From Podarcis liolepis (taxonomy: Eukaryota), in NCBI GenBank assembly GCA_965112155.1, contig OZ218101.1: a DNA stretch of 64,000 bases; one strand, given 5' to 3'. A model generated the notes under the pieces. The model was not told where the DNA came from and searched no databases. It saw only the letters and a list, made by a program, of their open reading frames with translations. Below are positions 24,401 to 37,600 of this stretch, one piece after another. Position 1 is the first letter of the stretch. Each line of letters begins with the position of its first letter. Made by a program: the position numbers and the translations under genes.

Positions 24401-27400
24401 GAAGATCCTAGTTTAAACATTTTTACTGTTTCAGGCCAGTGTCCTACAAAACACAGATTTGCAGGAAAATACCCTTAATTAAAAGACAAGGAGAAAGTGA
24501 AAAAAGTTTGCGTTTCCACAGGGTGGTTTCGTGTTTACTTTGACAATGTTTCTGCACAGGACACAGGTCTGTAATTATTGCATGTATCAAGAAAAAGGCA
24601 AACATGTATTAAATGTGTTCGATGGGATTTATGTAAGTGTGCATAGACTGCAGCCTTAAGGATTTCAAATGACAGAAATTCTCGTATAATGAAAGAATAG
24701 GACTGGAAGTCAGGAATAGAATATAGGAACAATAAAGTGGGTTTGTCATCTGCTTCAGTTTTGCACGCATCAGTGAGGCTTTTGTGTTCCAACAAGAACC
24801 TTAGGAACAGGGTGAGGTGCGCATCATCAGAACATGCCAGCAACCAGAGTCAGGTGTGTGGACCAAGGCTTGAGACCTCACACCTCTTTTTAAAAAATGG
24901 ATCTCGGGCAGCTGGAAAACCCTCTGTCTGAATCTTTAGAGAGCAACTTCTAATCAGAGTGGGAAACGCTGATGAACTAGATGGTCCAAAAGTGTGACTC
25001 AGTGTAAGGGAGCTTCACACATCTTAGGCAGTATACACACCATAGATTTAAAGCACATCGGCCCTCCCCATAGACTACACTGGTACCTTAGGTTACAAAC
25101 GCTTTGGGTTACAAACACTTCAAGTTGCAGACTCTGCTAACCCGGAAGTAGTACCTAGGGTTAAGAACTTTACCTCAGGATGAGAACAGAAATAGTGCGC
25201 CGGCGGCACGGCGGCAGCAGCATGAGGCCCCATTAGCTAAAGTGGTACCTCAGGTTAAGAACGTTTTCAGGTTAAGAACGGACCTCCGGAATGAATTAAG
25301 TTCATAACCAGAGGTACCACTGTACTGGGAACTGTAGCTTATTAAATGTTGGCGGGGGTGTGTGAAAATGTGCTTTAAGAGTAGGGTGTGTATGCAGCCT
25401 GTGTGTATTCACTGCACCTATCATTTATAGCAATGAGACTGCCAAAACTCCACACAATATGTCCATCCTACCAAAAGATACAAATTCAGGTCAGAACAAG
25501 ACTCCATAGGTGCTCCACAGGTACCACTGCTAAGGACCTTGTGTTAGTTAACCTGTTTGTGCTCTATGTAATAGAGAAAGCCAATATCCAACATCCTAGT
25601 AGATTTTCTCTCTCTGTTATTGATGATAGGAACCTCACAGAAGATACCCTAAACTTAAACTGCCTTTCGTCTAGGCATTCAGAGACTTACCTAAATTCAT
25701 CATAATCAATAGTGGTGGTGTGTTGAGGATCAGCAGCTGCAAAAATCTGCTTAATCTCTCTTGATCGAGGTTCTCCTATTGCCTTCAGTTTGTCCAAAAT
25801 TACGCAGATATTGGCCATAGGAAACTGTAAAGAAAGGGTCCANNNNNNNNNNNNNNNNNNNNNNNNNNNNNNNNNNNNNNNNNNNNNNNNNNNNNNNNNN
25901 NNNNNNNNNNNNNNNNNNNNNNNNNNNNNNNNNNNNNNNNNNNNNNNNNNNNNNNNNNNNNNNNNNNNNNNNNNCAGCTTGAAAACTACAGTAGCTAGTT
26001 ATTCATATCCTTTATGACAAAGACATGCATTAGTTGCATTATATTTGCATTGTTTTTAAAACACCAGCACTGAATCCCAAAGTAGCTTTTATAAAAAGTT
26101 TTCAAAGTGATGCCAAGTTCAACCTGAGAAAATCAGTGCCAGTCAAAGACATTGTGCTGCATAAGATGTGGCACCCCCTCCATGTACAGAAGCCAACTGA
26201 ACTTGTTGCAGAATCTTACTTCAGCACCGGAAATGGAACAGCATTCACCATTTGGGAATCTTACACAACAAATCAGAACAAATGTTCAATAAATAGTGGT
26301 TGGCATCTAATCTCCCTGCAAACTTTGCTCAAGCACATCAGGATGAACATTCAATAACAGGTTGTCTGGAAGTGACCCTAATGCAACTTTATTGGAACAT
26401 GGCTATTTCATTAGAATACGTTACGTACGTAGTTGCCCATAACATACGACTTTTTAAAAACAGTGCCCCTAGCGCTGTACTATCCCTTTCAGGATCCTAA
26501 TTTTATCTCTATTTGGTTGTTCTTTCCCCCAAGGGCTCTTGCACAACGCCTTTGTGGAGAAGGAACCATAACAACTATCAGATGTTCTTATGGATTTTGT
26601 TTGGTTAGCTTCGACTCCTTTATCTTTTGCATGGGGAAATTAACTGGTACAGTGCAGACTGTATCAGCAGTTCTCTTTTTTGCTTTTGCTGATTTATTCT
26701 TCCAGGAACAAAGGCGGGATTAGGACATTATGAAAGTCAATCTGCGAGCCTGAATCATCAGGCACAAAGTGCACTCCATGACATTTACCAAATACATTAT
26801 TTGGTATGTATCTCGCAGAGAACAGGTTGAGAACATGGACCCGTTTTTCTCACCGGGTCGTTTTCAAATGAGACAACGGTGGCTCTGTGTTGATCTTGGG
26901 GGTGAATAAACAGTGGTTTTCAGAGCCACCATTATTTAAGCAAGATAATAAAACTCCATATGCTTTAAAGGCCAAATAAGGATTGGAAAGCACAGCTTGC
27001 CTCATTTGCATGTTTCTCCATGTAGTTGAAAGCATACTCATCAGCATCCACCAAAAGAAAGACGTGTCCATGGAAACACACTTTAGCTCCGACATACAGA
27101 TCCTTTGCTGTGTAGTACTCAGACAGTTCAGCCTTATATAGCTCTTGCCCAGGCTTCTTAACACGACCTCTTTCCAGGAATTTCCCACCAATTATCCCTG
27201 TAACAAGAGAACAATAAATAACAAGTTGCATATTTCAGAAAGAAACCAAAGAAACTGCACCCTCAAATTTCCTATCAGCCAACTGGCCATACCACAATAT
27301 TTATTTCCACCTTTAAATGCAGATTCCTTGATATGGCCATTTCAGTGTCTGACAAAGGAGTTTCTCATCCTTCCTCCCACCCACAACAGCTAAGTGCATC

Positions 27401-28608
27401 CCTCATCAAGTTTCTTATGTGGGTTGGGAATGGTATGGGGTGCGGTACAGGAGCCTGCTGGGGAGGAAGATGAACGTGACCCACTGATTTCAATGGGTTG
27501 GATTCCACGTTATGTTAACTTAATGAATTCCTGAAAGTAGGGGAATGGGAAACTTTCCTTCCATCAATTTCCTTAAGTTATCTTATCATCCAAGCCTAGG
27601 GTGATTCCCATCAGTCTCCCACAACCCGTCACACATTGTTCAGGAGTGTCTCCAGCCCTCAGGAGAGGTTTTTCAAGGGGCTCCTGTGGCTGAAAGGAGA
27701 TGGGAAACTTTCCATGCATAAACTTCCCTAAGTTAGTTTATCCTAGAATCCAGGCCATTGAAATCAATGGGGAAAGTTAGTTATCCCTGACCTTTGGGCC
27801 ATGCAAGCTGGACTGATGAAAGCTCAGTTGAATAACATGTGGAGGTACCACCTGGTCAACCCCAGATTTACGAAGTACTTTTATATTCTGCCATTTTCCA
27901 TTGTGGAATGGAAGTCTTTATGCTCTCAGGGAGTCCACTATCCAGGCACCGACCCAACCAGAGACCCTCTTAGCTTCAACTAAGTGGCAGCTGCAGCATG
28001 TGCCCTCAGATCATTCCCTTGGACATATAATACAAGCAGTACATGAACTCTGGTATGCCTGTGGTTCATTTCCTGCTTATATCTGCACTCCCAACCAAAA
28101 GCCCCAAAGCATGCATTAGGCATCATAAAATGTTTCATATGTATTATTTGGTGATATAAGTGTCATAAAAAGGGATGGGCAATACAATGAAATTCCATTT
28201 AGAGTCCAAATTATAAGTAAATGCAGAACCTATAATGCTTTATTCAACCTGAATTTGGTTCAGAAATCCTCCTTTCACAATAAAACTGAAAGGTGAAAAA
28301 TCCATTAAGGTAAAATTCAGGATCTGACTTAAGCCTGTAAAAGCATGAAAATTTAAGAGTCAAGAATAGAAGCCAGGTCACAACAGCTTCCTCCCATCTA
28401 GTTACTGATGCATATAAGACCATCAGTTTGAGCAGACAGCTGCATTATCTAGTCAACAAAAGCTTTTAATGCCATTATGGGTTCTGGGTTTCTTCACTTA
28501 GAGACATTTACTTTCTAGCAACTATAAAATAATTTTTGCAATGAAAAAATATATGGAAAAATAAAACCAATTATTCAGAAGGTACTGACAAAGACAGCAC
28601 AGCCCAAA

Positions 28609-28652
<44 letters not shown>

Positions 28653-31600
28653 CCTCTAGTGTAAAGATCTGGGAGGTTGGAGAAGGTGCAGTATTTTGTT
28701 TTCAGAAATACAGTACAACACAAAGTATACCATCTTGTTTACCCGAGCACAAACAGCACCTAGGAAAGAGTTTCTATCACTTCCTCTTGTTGCAGTTCCC
28801 CAGAATGATGGAGTATACCAGACCCAACCTTCTTGTATGAATTTTGAGGGTGATGATAAACAAGTCTGTCCCCATTCCTATCACCACTAGTTGAAGAAAG
28901 AATGGCTACTAGTCTTATCAGCTGTTATCACAGATGGGGAATTTGTGGCCTTCCATATGTTGGTCTTAGTCTGAACTCCCGTCATCCCCAACCAATGGCC
29001 ATGCTGCCTGGGGCTGATGGGAGTTGGAGTCCAGTGACAGCTAGAGGGGCACTGGCTCCCAATCCCCGGGCTATCCAATGGCAGTAAATGTCTCTGAACA
29101 CCAATTGCTGGGAATCACAAGTTGGGGAGAGGAGTATTGTGTTCAGGTCCCACTTTCAGGCTTCCCAGAAGGATCTGGTCAGCCAAGCACAGGAGTCTAG
29201 AAAAAGCCAGAAGCCAGCTCACACATCCCTTAGGATTGCCATTTTCATTGCCAATGGAGCCTTCACCCTAGCCTTCACACACCAGCAAACTACCCAACCT
29301 ACCCAACCGCAGGCAGTACCCCCATCTTGAAAAATATGCACAGCTGCCTCTGAGGCAAAAGGGGCCACAAAGTGCACCAGATAATTATCATAAACACTGG
29401 GAGAGAAAAGGGTATAATCCCCTTCCATCCCCCTGCCCCACCTACGGTACCAACAATGAACCATCATCCAAATCCAACAGACTCTACCACCTGCGATCCA
29501 TTTAGGCCTGGGAATTGCAGTTGCATCGCGTAATCTCCTTAAAAGCTAAACTGCATTAAATTCTCAGACCACCAATACATTACTGAAGCATCAGGAAAGT
29601 GCACCTAAATTTGCTTTCCCCTGCCCCCCATACAGCGTACTGCATATTAAATGCCCATACAAAATCAAGTACTCTTTTGCTACCGTGGAAAATGGTGGGT
29701 TTCAGTTTAGATATCTCTATCCAGTTACGCAGTTTATGGCCAGAGACAGCAGGAGCTTTTATTGGTGATTAACACCTGTATCAGAACAAATTGGGGGGGG
29801 GGGTATGACCAAATTGGAGGAGGCAGCTACCACAATTACATACCACCCAGATACTAACCAGAGGACATGCAGCCTATGAAGTTGTGATTTTACACAGCCT
29901 TGTATTTAAGGATTTGCCTGCTAGCCATAGGATATCTCCTCATCATAGAAACGCCCTCCTTTTTTCCTCTGCTAGCCCCCAACAGACTAGCAAAACATTA
30001 ATCTGCAGGGCAGGGACTTTTGTAGGCTTGTAGACAAGACTGAATAGTAACCTATGTGTCCGGGGCATGCAAACATGCTACAACAATTTGGGTTTTTAGA
30101 AATAAGCAAATGTTTAAAGATTCCTGCACATTCAAGCCTTCATCCTCAAAGGAGTTTGACCACTGTGTCTCTGCATGATCCATTGTTATGCTGGCACTAG
30201 CTGGTTCCAATACAGCTCTGCTAGGGGTAGGTAATCCTGGGATAGTGCTACCATTTCTAACGCAACAGGTCTGTTTGCCTTCAAATGTGTGTGCCTTGTG
30301 TGTCCCTGCATGAGTTATTTCTCGCATTTATTTCCACCCAAGTGACGAAGGTTGTGATCCTTTAATATAAATAAATAGCTAAGGCCCTCTGCCCTTTTCA
30401 CTAGAATTACCTAGAACTGAATCTGCTCTCTCACCTGTATTTCGCTGGGGAGGCTCAAACACTTGAATGGTGTCATCACTCAGATAATAAGAAACAATGA
30501 ACTTCCGGTCTTTGTCAATGGGATCAGTAGTAATAAATTGTGCAAGAAATCGCAGTAAATTACTTTCGAGGCCTTGCCTGTAATAGCAGAAGAGGTACTA
30601 ATTCAAGATTTGTCTCCTTTTCCTTTACATGGAGAAATCCTGCCATTTGTTTAGTAAAACAATTAAAAAGTTAACAGTCTTTGGTCAACTTTTACATCAG
30701 TTTGAACCACTGAGAAGATTGCCATTACCCATGCCCAGGTTTTGCCTTTAATGAGTTTGTTTTTGTGTTTCCAAACACATTTTTGTTTGGGGGTGGGGCG
30801 GAATAGCCAACCTAAGCTTAAGCAGTAGCAAAATATCAGAAGCTGTTTACATTCTACAAAGTGTTCACTCTGTGAGGTAGCTGATTAAAAAAGCAGCATA
30901 CAATTTTACAAACTAAAACAATAAATTGTAAATGGCACTCCAATAACCACACCAGACAAGAAACACATGATTTTATGGATCTGGAGTTACTTGGCAGGAC
31001 ACGACCACACACTACCCGCCGCCCCTGCTCAGGTGAGCTACTAATAAAGGAGACCATACAGTTGAATGGGATCAAACCAGGCCACGACTTTATTGCCTAC
31101 AGATGAAGTGGTTTGACATAGACATTGGGTATGCATTTTTTTCTGGGCTGCCTACCAGAAATGACATCAGGATCAACCCAGCAGCAGGGATTCCTATGAC
31201 TTACATCAAATAGGGGGATCCCCGCCTCTAAGAGTGCTGAGGCCCAAGTCCCCCGTCTGGGCAAATGGTCAGAAGCAACTCCATCACGGATCCCTTTAAC
31301 GGGATATCCTATTTCTGGAGGGGAAGGTGAGGGTACAACCCCCCCCCCAACCAAGGCTGAAAATCCCCCAGGTCTTGCACTGAGCTTGAGCCAACAAAGC
31401 CCAGCAATTGTGATCCCACAAAGAAGAGCTGGGCATCGGGGGCTGGTGTGAGCTATTTTAAATCCCTCAGGAGAAGGCCTGAGGGAAGCCTGATTGTTCC
31501 CGAGAGCCTGCCCCCTGAGAGCCTAGCCCTTCGCACCATTGGCCAATTTGGCAGGCTGACACAGAGCAGGATTTCAAGCCAGGAATGGGAGCTGAAGCTC

Positions 31601-34600
31601 GTGCTCCGGCAGGGATCAGACCCCGACACCCAGCCCTGCATCGTCAGCAGGAGGGGAGGCACTGGCCATCCCACAAAGCTACCGCACCACCAAAAAGGGG
31701 GTAAGCGGATATGTCTGGGCTCTCCCTCCATCATTCTGCTAATAAAAACTCCCAAGCAAACCATAGTAACACAGAAGCACTGATTCCAAAAAAAGTTTAA
31801 CAAAACCCAGAATCCCTTACAAAACTGATAAAGCATCACTAGGCAGCACAGCATGTGATTAGACAGTGGAAACAGGAAAAGTAAATGGGAAAACAAAGGA
31901 AGGAGAGGACAGCATCTCTCCCCCATTACATACTGGACCCTAGTGTGTCACTATTGTGGTTCTTGTTATCTCTTTTAGAGCTAAGCCTTTGAGATTAATG
32001 AAAACAGGCATGTATGGTAGGAACACAGACTCTAAATTCTGAAAATCTATTATCTGCTTGACTCATAAGAATTATGAATATTACAAAGCCCTTTTGTAAA
32101 ATCGGTTGACATAAAAACGTTTAATGGTAATTTCCCTCCCCCTCTCACTTTCCATTTCAGGAATTGAGGGGAGGGGTAGGTTCCAAATACTGCTTTTGCT
32201 CAGATACCTGTCTTTTTCCATGAATTTCTTGAAGTCTTTTTGGGGTGGTTTGGGAAGCAAGCCCGTGCAGGAGCAAAGGGAGTCCTCTTCAGAGCCAAAT
32301 CCATGATACGGTGGGAACTTTCTTTCTACTTTCGGAGGAGGTGGCGCTTTGTACGGAATTGGAGTAAAGTCCTCTGTAACACAAAATTGGCAACTAACAT
32401 TTCACTGTTCAGTTCCTGAATATGTTAAGAATGGCACTGCATTTCAATATAGGAGTTCTCAATCTAAGGAAACAAAATTGTTCTCCCCTTTTGGCAGATA
32501 TATTACTGAAGAATAACGTGTGCACTTTAGAAAAGCAAATGTTTCCCCTAAACAGGAAAGCCCAATTTTGAAAATATTTTTCAAGTTGTTTCCTCTGGGA
32601 GCATACTGTGATTGATATTTTTCTCTGCTTTCTGTCAACTTCTCTCTATGGATGGGAAAAACCGAAATGTTTCCGTGAGCCTTGGGAGACTGCCAACAAA
32701 CAAAAGTCCTTCTTATCTTTGCAATGGGCTCAGCCTTTTCAAACCTGTCTTTTCCACTCTGTGTTCTTTTCTTAAATGCTGCCTTAATCCCGGTGAATTG
32801 ATCTGCACTCATCTCATAAACATAATTTACTCGTTGACATCATTACCATAGTCAACAATGTATAACTTGCATGGGAGCACCCAACCTTTTACATAGTGAC
32901 TGCCGGGTTAAATAAAACTATTTGGGGGTTAAGCCAATTCATTTCCATTGAGTTCACTTGGTTTATATCAGTACATTTTTGCTGTTTAAAAATAATAATC
33001 ATGGGCAGACATCCACACATGGCGGTTGGAAAAAAAACAACAACCAGATCTGAGAAGGATGCGTGTGCAGAATTAGAAAGTAATGGTGGGCATGTGTCCT
33101 TTGAGAAGAAAGAAATGTAGCGTTTTCCAGTGTATGGGTAGCCTGGTGCCTCTGGGTTTCAGGGCTTGCATAACAAATATGACTCTGATTACAATCTCTC
33201 TTGCATACCAACAGTGCCATCTAGTGCAACGCTAGTGGATGCACTAAAGAGAACTTGCATGTTGAAATGGCGTCCCAAAGGAGGCCAAAAAAGTGGATGG
33301 ACTGGGGAACAGCTTACTTTCCTCCTACCAGGCAATTCACGGACTACCCTGGCTTCAGTCTGAGATAGGAATATATTGTTCAATGGGCCCTGAATTAAGA
33401 GAAGCTGCTTTCCTCCCCCAGGAACATTTTTGCCACTTTGCTTGCTCGGGAGGTGGGTAGTGACAAAAGCCTTCCCCCAAAGCAGCCGCAGATTGCCTTT
33501 AGCTGAAGGATTCCAGGTAGAAACACTGGGGCAATGTTAGAGACAAGGAGGTATAAACCCTAGTAAAAGTTAACAACCTTTTAGTACTACCTATCTGAAT
33601 TATTTAGGGTGATGCTTAAATCTCCAACTGCATTCAATGATAATTAAAAGGGCTGAACTTTAACTGGATGAATCTGCTATTTTCATTTTTCAGTCTTAAG
33701 TGCAGTATGCCCAGACTTCCACATCAGTTTATGCTTTTTATTATTATTAAAGTGCTCCCCAAACTTCATATGCATTTTAGTGCACATTCCTCCTAATACA
33801 GAGATGAATAAAATCATGCATGGTGTGGTTACAGAGACAGATTTTCTCCCTCCCTCGTAATATTAGAACTCGTGGACAGTGAAACTTAGTGTTGGAAGAT
33901 TCAGAGCAGACATCAGGAGATACTTATTTACACTTGTCGGCACCCATCTGTCTCAAAAGACAATGCAGTGCACCTCCAGCGGCAAAGTCAAACCGCTGGA
34001 GTATCACAGCACCCACTGTGGCTGCAGAGACCTGTAACTCATAACCGCTGCCTCCCACATTGTTTTTGCTGCTTTGGCAGCACTGAAGGTTTCTCTCCAG
34101 GGCGCAAACCTGGGCAGAGTGTGTGGAGGTCCTGGGCTGTCCAGACGACAAGACCCCCCCCCCCCCGGCCTCGCTGATGTGGTCCAGTATGTCATCTACT
34201 TCCTCGCCTAAGTAATCAATGTCGAAACTTATGTATATAAATAATTTACCACAAATAGATAGGAGCAATCTAGGTAAAATTACTGCATAAGAAAAACTGC
34301 ATTATATGCAGATTTAACTATATTTACTCGGAAGTAAGTTCCATTGATTTCAATGAGACTTACATTCAAGGAATTATGTTTAGAACTGTAGTTCCAATCA
34401 GCAATATATTCAGAAACTGATTAGGGGTGAAGTCAGCAGAGAAATATTTTTCCCCCTCAAACTGTAAAGTTACCCTGACATTTTCTAAAGTAATGAAAAT
34501 ATAGCAGCAAAAGACAACAGAAATGCCAGTAGATTTAGTGCAATCTGTGATAATTAGGATTTCACAATAGTACAATCAACTTGTTATTTTCTCTAAGCAG

Positions 34601-37600
34601 TGATGTTTTTAAAAGAATGTGACAGAGAACAGCTTTAAAAAGATTAGTTAATATATATCTCTGTGCTGAACACATCTGTCGTCTTTTGGTGAGTGGAGAA
34701 ATTTTCGTTTTTGAACTCAAGTAATTTCTTGTCAGAGAGATAATGCATGGCATTTTGCCAAAAAAACAAAGCAAAACTTCCAATATATCCATCACATGCA
34801 AATACATAAACATTGGCTTTAAAAGATTACTCCAATTTATAGTGCATTAAAAATAGAGTTGTTGGGAAATTATGCCTCGGGGGGAATCCACGCAGCCCCA
34901 GATTTTGTGGGGAAATGTAATAACATCTGCCTAGAGTTCAGTTGTGTTCCAGAGGTTTCCCCTGTCACCTGGAATTCACTAGAAGCCTCTAATCATGAAG
35001 GTGCATAGGAAGCTGCCTTATGCTATTTGTAATCTAGCCCAGTATTGTCTTCTTTGACTGGCAGAGGACTTTCCCATCACCTTCTAACTGACCTTTTAAC
35101 TAGAGATGACAGAGGTTAAACCTGGAACCTTCCGCAGGCAAACCAGGTGCTCTAAAACTGAGCTATGGCCCCTTCCCATAACCCCGTGGTGGGCTAATTA
35201 TGTAACTGGCTATTTACATAATATCTTTTGTACCCTGACATAATCTGTCCAGAGGTGAGCACAGTGCAGATTCTGCTCTTCCTCCTGTCCCCAACGAGTT
35301 ATTTATTTCTTGTTGCATACATTTATGATCCACCCTTCGCCAAATGGTCCCCCAGGGCAGGGACGTACACATTATCATTAAAACTAATTTTTATGTTGTT
35401 TCAAAGCTATCGATCGGGGCAGGCCCTATGTGTGTGGTGTGGCCGACAGCAAGTGTGAAGGGCACATGAACTGCTGTCTGCCCACAAAAGGCTTCGTTCA
35501 GAACAGAAGTCATAAATATGTAAGCTTGCTCAGATCAGTCACAAATGCCTGGCGTAAAGAGATGGTTGAGAGTAGCAATCAGGTTAGAGAATTGCCAAGG
35601 GGGGTGGTAAATGAAAAATAGGTCATATATGTACAACTGTTCCGCAGAGCAAGAAACTCTGGCGGGCGCTTGTGAGACCAAGAAAGTCCATCTTTCAAGC
35701 TCTCTTCTTTCCTCCTGTTACTCTGGCTCACACAAACAGTCCTCATGTGAGCCGTTAAAAACTTGGTCACCACAGGAAATAATGTATGAGGTGGCTATGA
35801 TCCCTAAAACACACAGTCAGTTCAACATAATTAATATTTTTCCCCCTAGCATATTTTAAAACGCTTTGTTGGTCCAAATTCTCTCTGTGTATGTTATTAC
35901 TCAGTACAGTGCCTCAATACAAGGAACTGGTCCAGATTCCAATGAAAGAAATGTAATACCACTGAGTGGAATTCAACTAAGTTTTACACAAAGTAGAGTC
36001 ACTGAAATAAATGGACATGACCAAGTTAGGTCCATTCATTTCCATATGTCTGAGTAAAATGTTGTTGAATACCACTCACTGCTTTTAATGTTCTGGATAG
36101 CACCCTTCTGTTCTAATCTAGCAGCTGGTATCATCAATGGTAAGACTAGTAAGGTCTTCTCCATCCGTTTAAATGGTGGACCCATATCTGCATTGTACAA
36201 GTGGAGCTGTTTCATTTGCTGAAGCAACTAAGGCAGCCAAAACTGCAGGAATTCCATTATTCCTTCACTGGGCATAATCTACATTTTTGTTTCTTAATAA
36301 ATATATTGTTTACGTATATTTCAAACCTAAACCTGTCCTAAGAATACAAAACTACTCAAAAATATTTTTACCCCCCCAAAAAGACGCTCCCCCCCCAAAA
36401 AAAAATAGCCACTCCATGTAAATCCACAGTTCAAAATTAGTACATAAAAGTATCAGTACTGTTACTTACTGACTCCATACTTTGTCCTATAATATTCTTT
36501 GGTAAATTCATCACAATCGCAGAGAACTATCTTTCTTCCCCAAACATTGATTACTGACCCTATGCTCAGGTCACAGTCTTTATAAAATTCCTGGTGCACT
36601 GCTCCTGTCTAGCAATAGGAAGGAAAAATACAAAAGTCTATATGAATCTCACATTGAAATGAAAGCTTTTTGGGGGAGTGGAAACTTGGCATAACATAAA
36701 AGAGGTGAGTATAACAAAATGTTTTATTTCACCACCACCACCACCTTCATTCCAACAAATGCTATAATACAGAAACAGAAACACTGGATTTTGTGGTGTG
36801 CATTTTTTTTTAAAAGGAATCTTCCTTGCTTCACATAGCACATACGTAGAGATCAGAAAAAAATGAAGTTGCATTCTGTAAAGTATAATTACAGAAACTA
36901 GCTTACCTTACGATTGTCCAGAATGTAACGGCCTTTATTTCCTACTAATCCTCCAAACACATTCAGGACTGTCCGATCTGTGATTGTACCAGGCTGGTAC
37001 AGTCCAATTGGACCATACTGGGGGCCAAGGAGGGAGAGGAATAGGCTGTTAATATCTGTAACTATCAGGGCAACGTAAGAGAATATCCTGCGTTATCTGG
37101 TACCTGAGGCTCTACAAAATACGAGGAGGTCACCTAATGCCAGGTCAGGCTACCTGTCCACCTGGCACAGCACTGCCTACTCAAGCAGAGGTCTTTTGCA
37201 TCACCTGCCACTGATACTTTCAGCTGGAGATGCAAGAAAGTGAACTTGAAACCTTCTGCCTGAAACACATATACCACTGAGCTATGATCTGCACTCTTAT
37301 TCCATATCACTATTATCTTATTTATTTCCTTATATTTCTATATATTTCTTATATTTCTATATATTTTATTTTTATATATTTATATTATACATTTCTATAT
37401 TTTCTTATATTTATATTATCTTATTTATTTTCTTACATTTCTGCTTTCTCTTACAACCTAAGGTGGCATAATGTGGTTTCCCCTTCTAAACCACTGAGCC
37501 TCATGGGCTTGCCAATCAGAAGGTCGGAGATTCAAATCCCCGCGACAGGGTGAGCTCCCGTTGCTCTGTCCCAGCTCCTGCCAACCTAGCAGTTCAAAAG

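Noticed and set aside
31448-31926. 111-aa and 157-aa ORFs
   Set aside because: They lie within a GC-rich repeat; no domain and no splice context
37284-37553. Hydrophobic 89-aa 'membrane protein' ORF
   Set aside because: Translation of an AT-rich low-complexity tract running into a SINE
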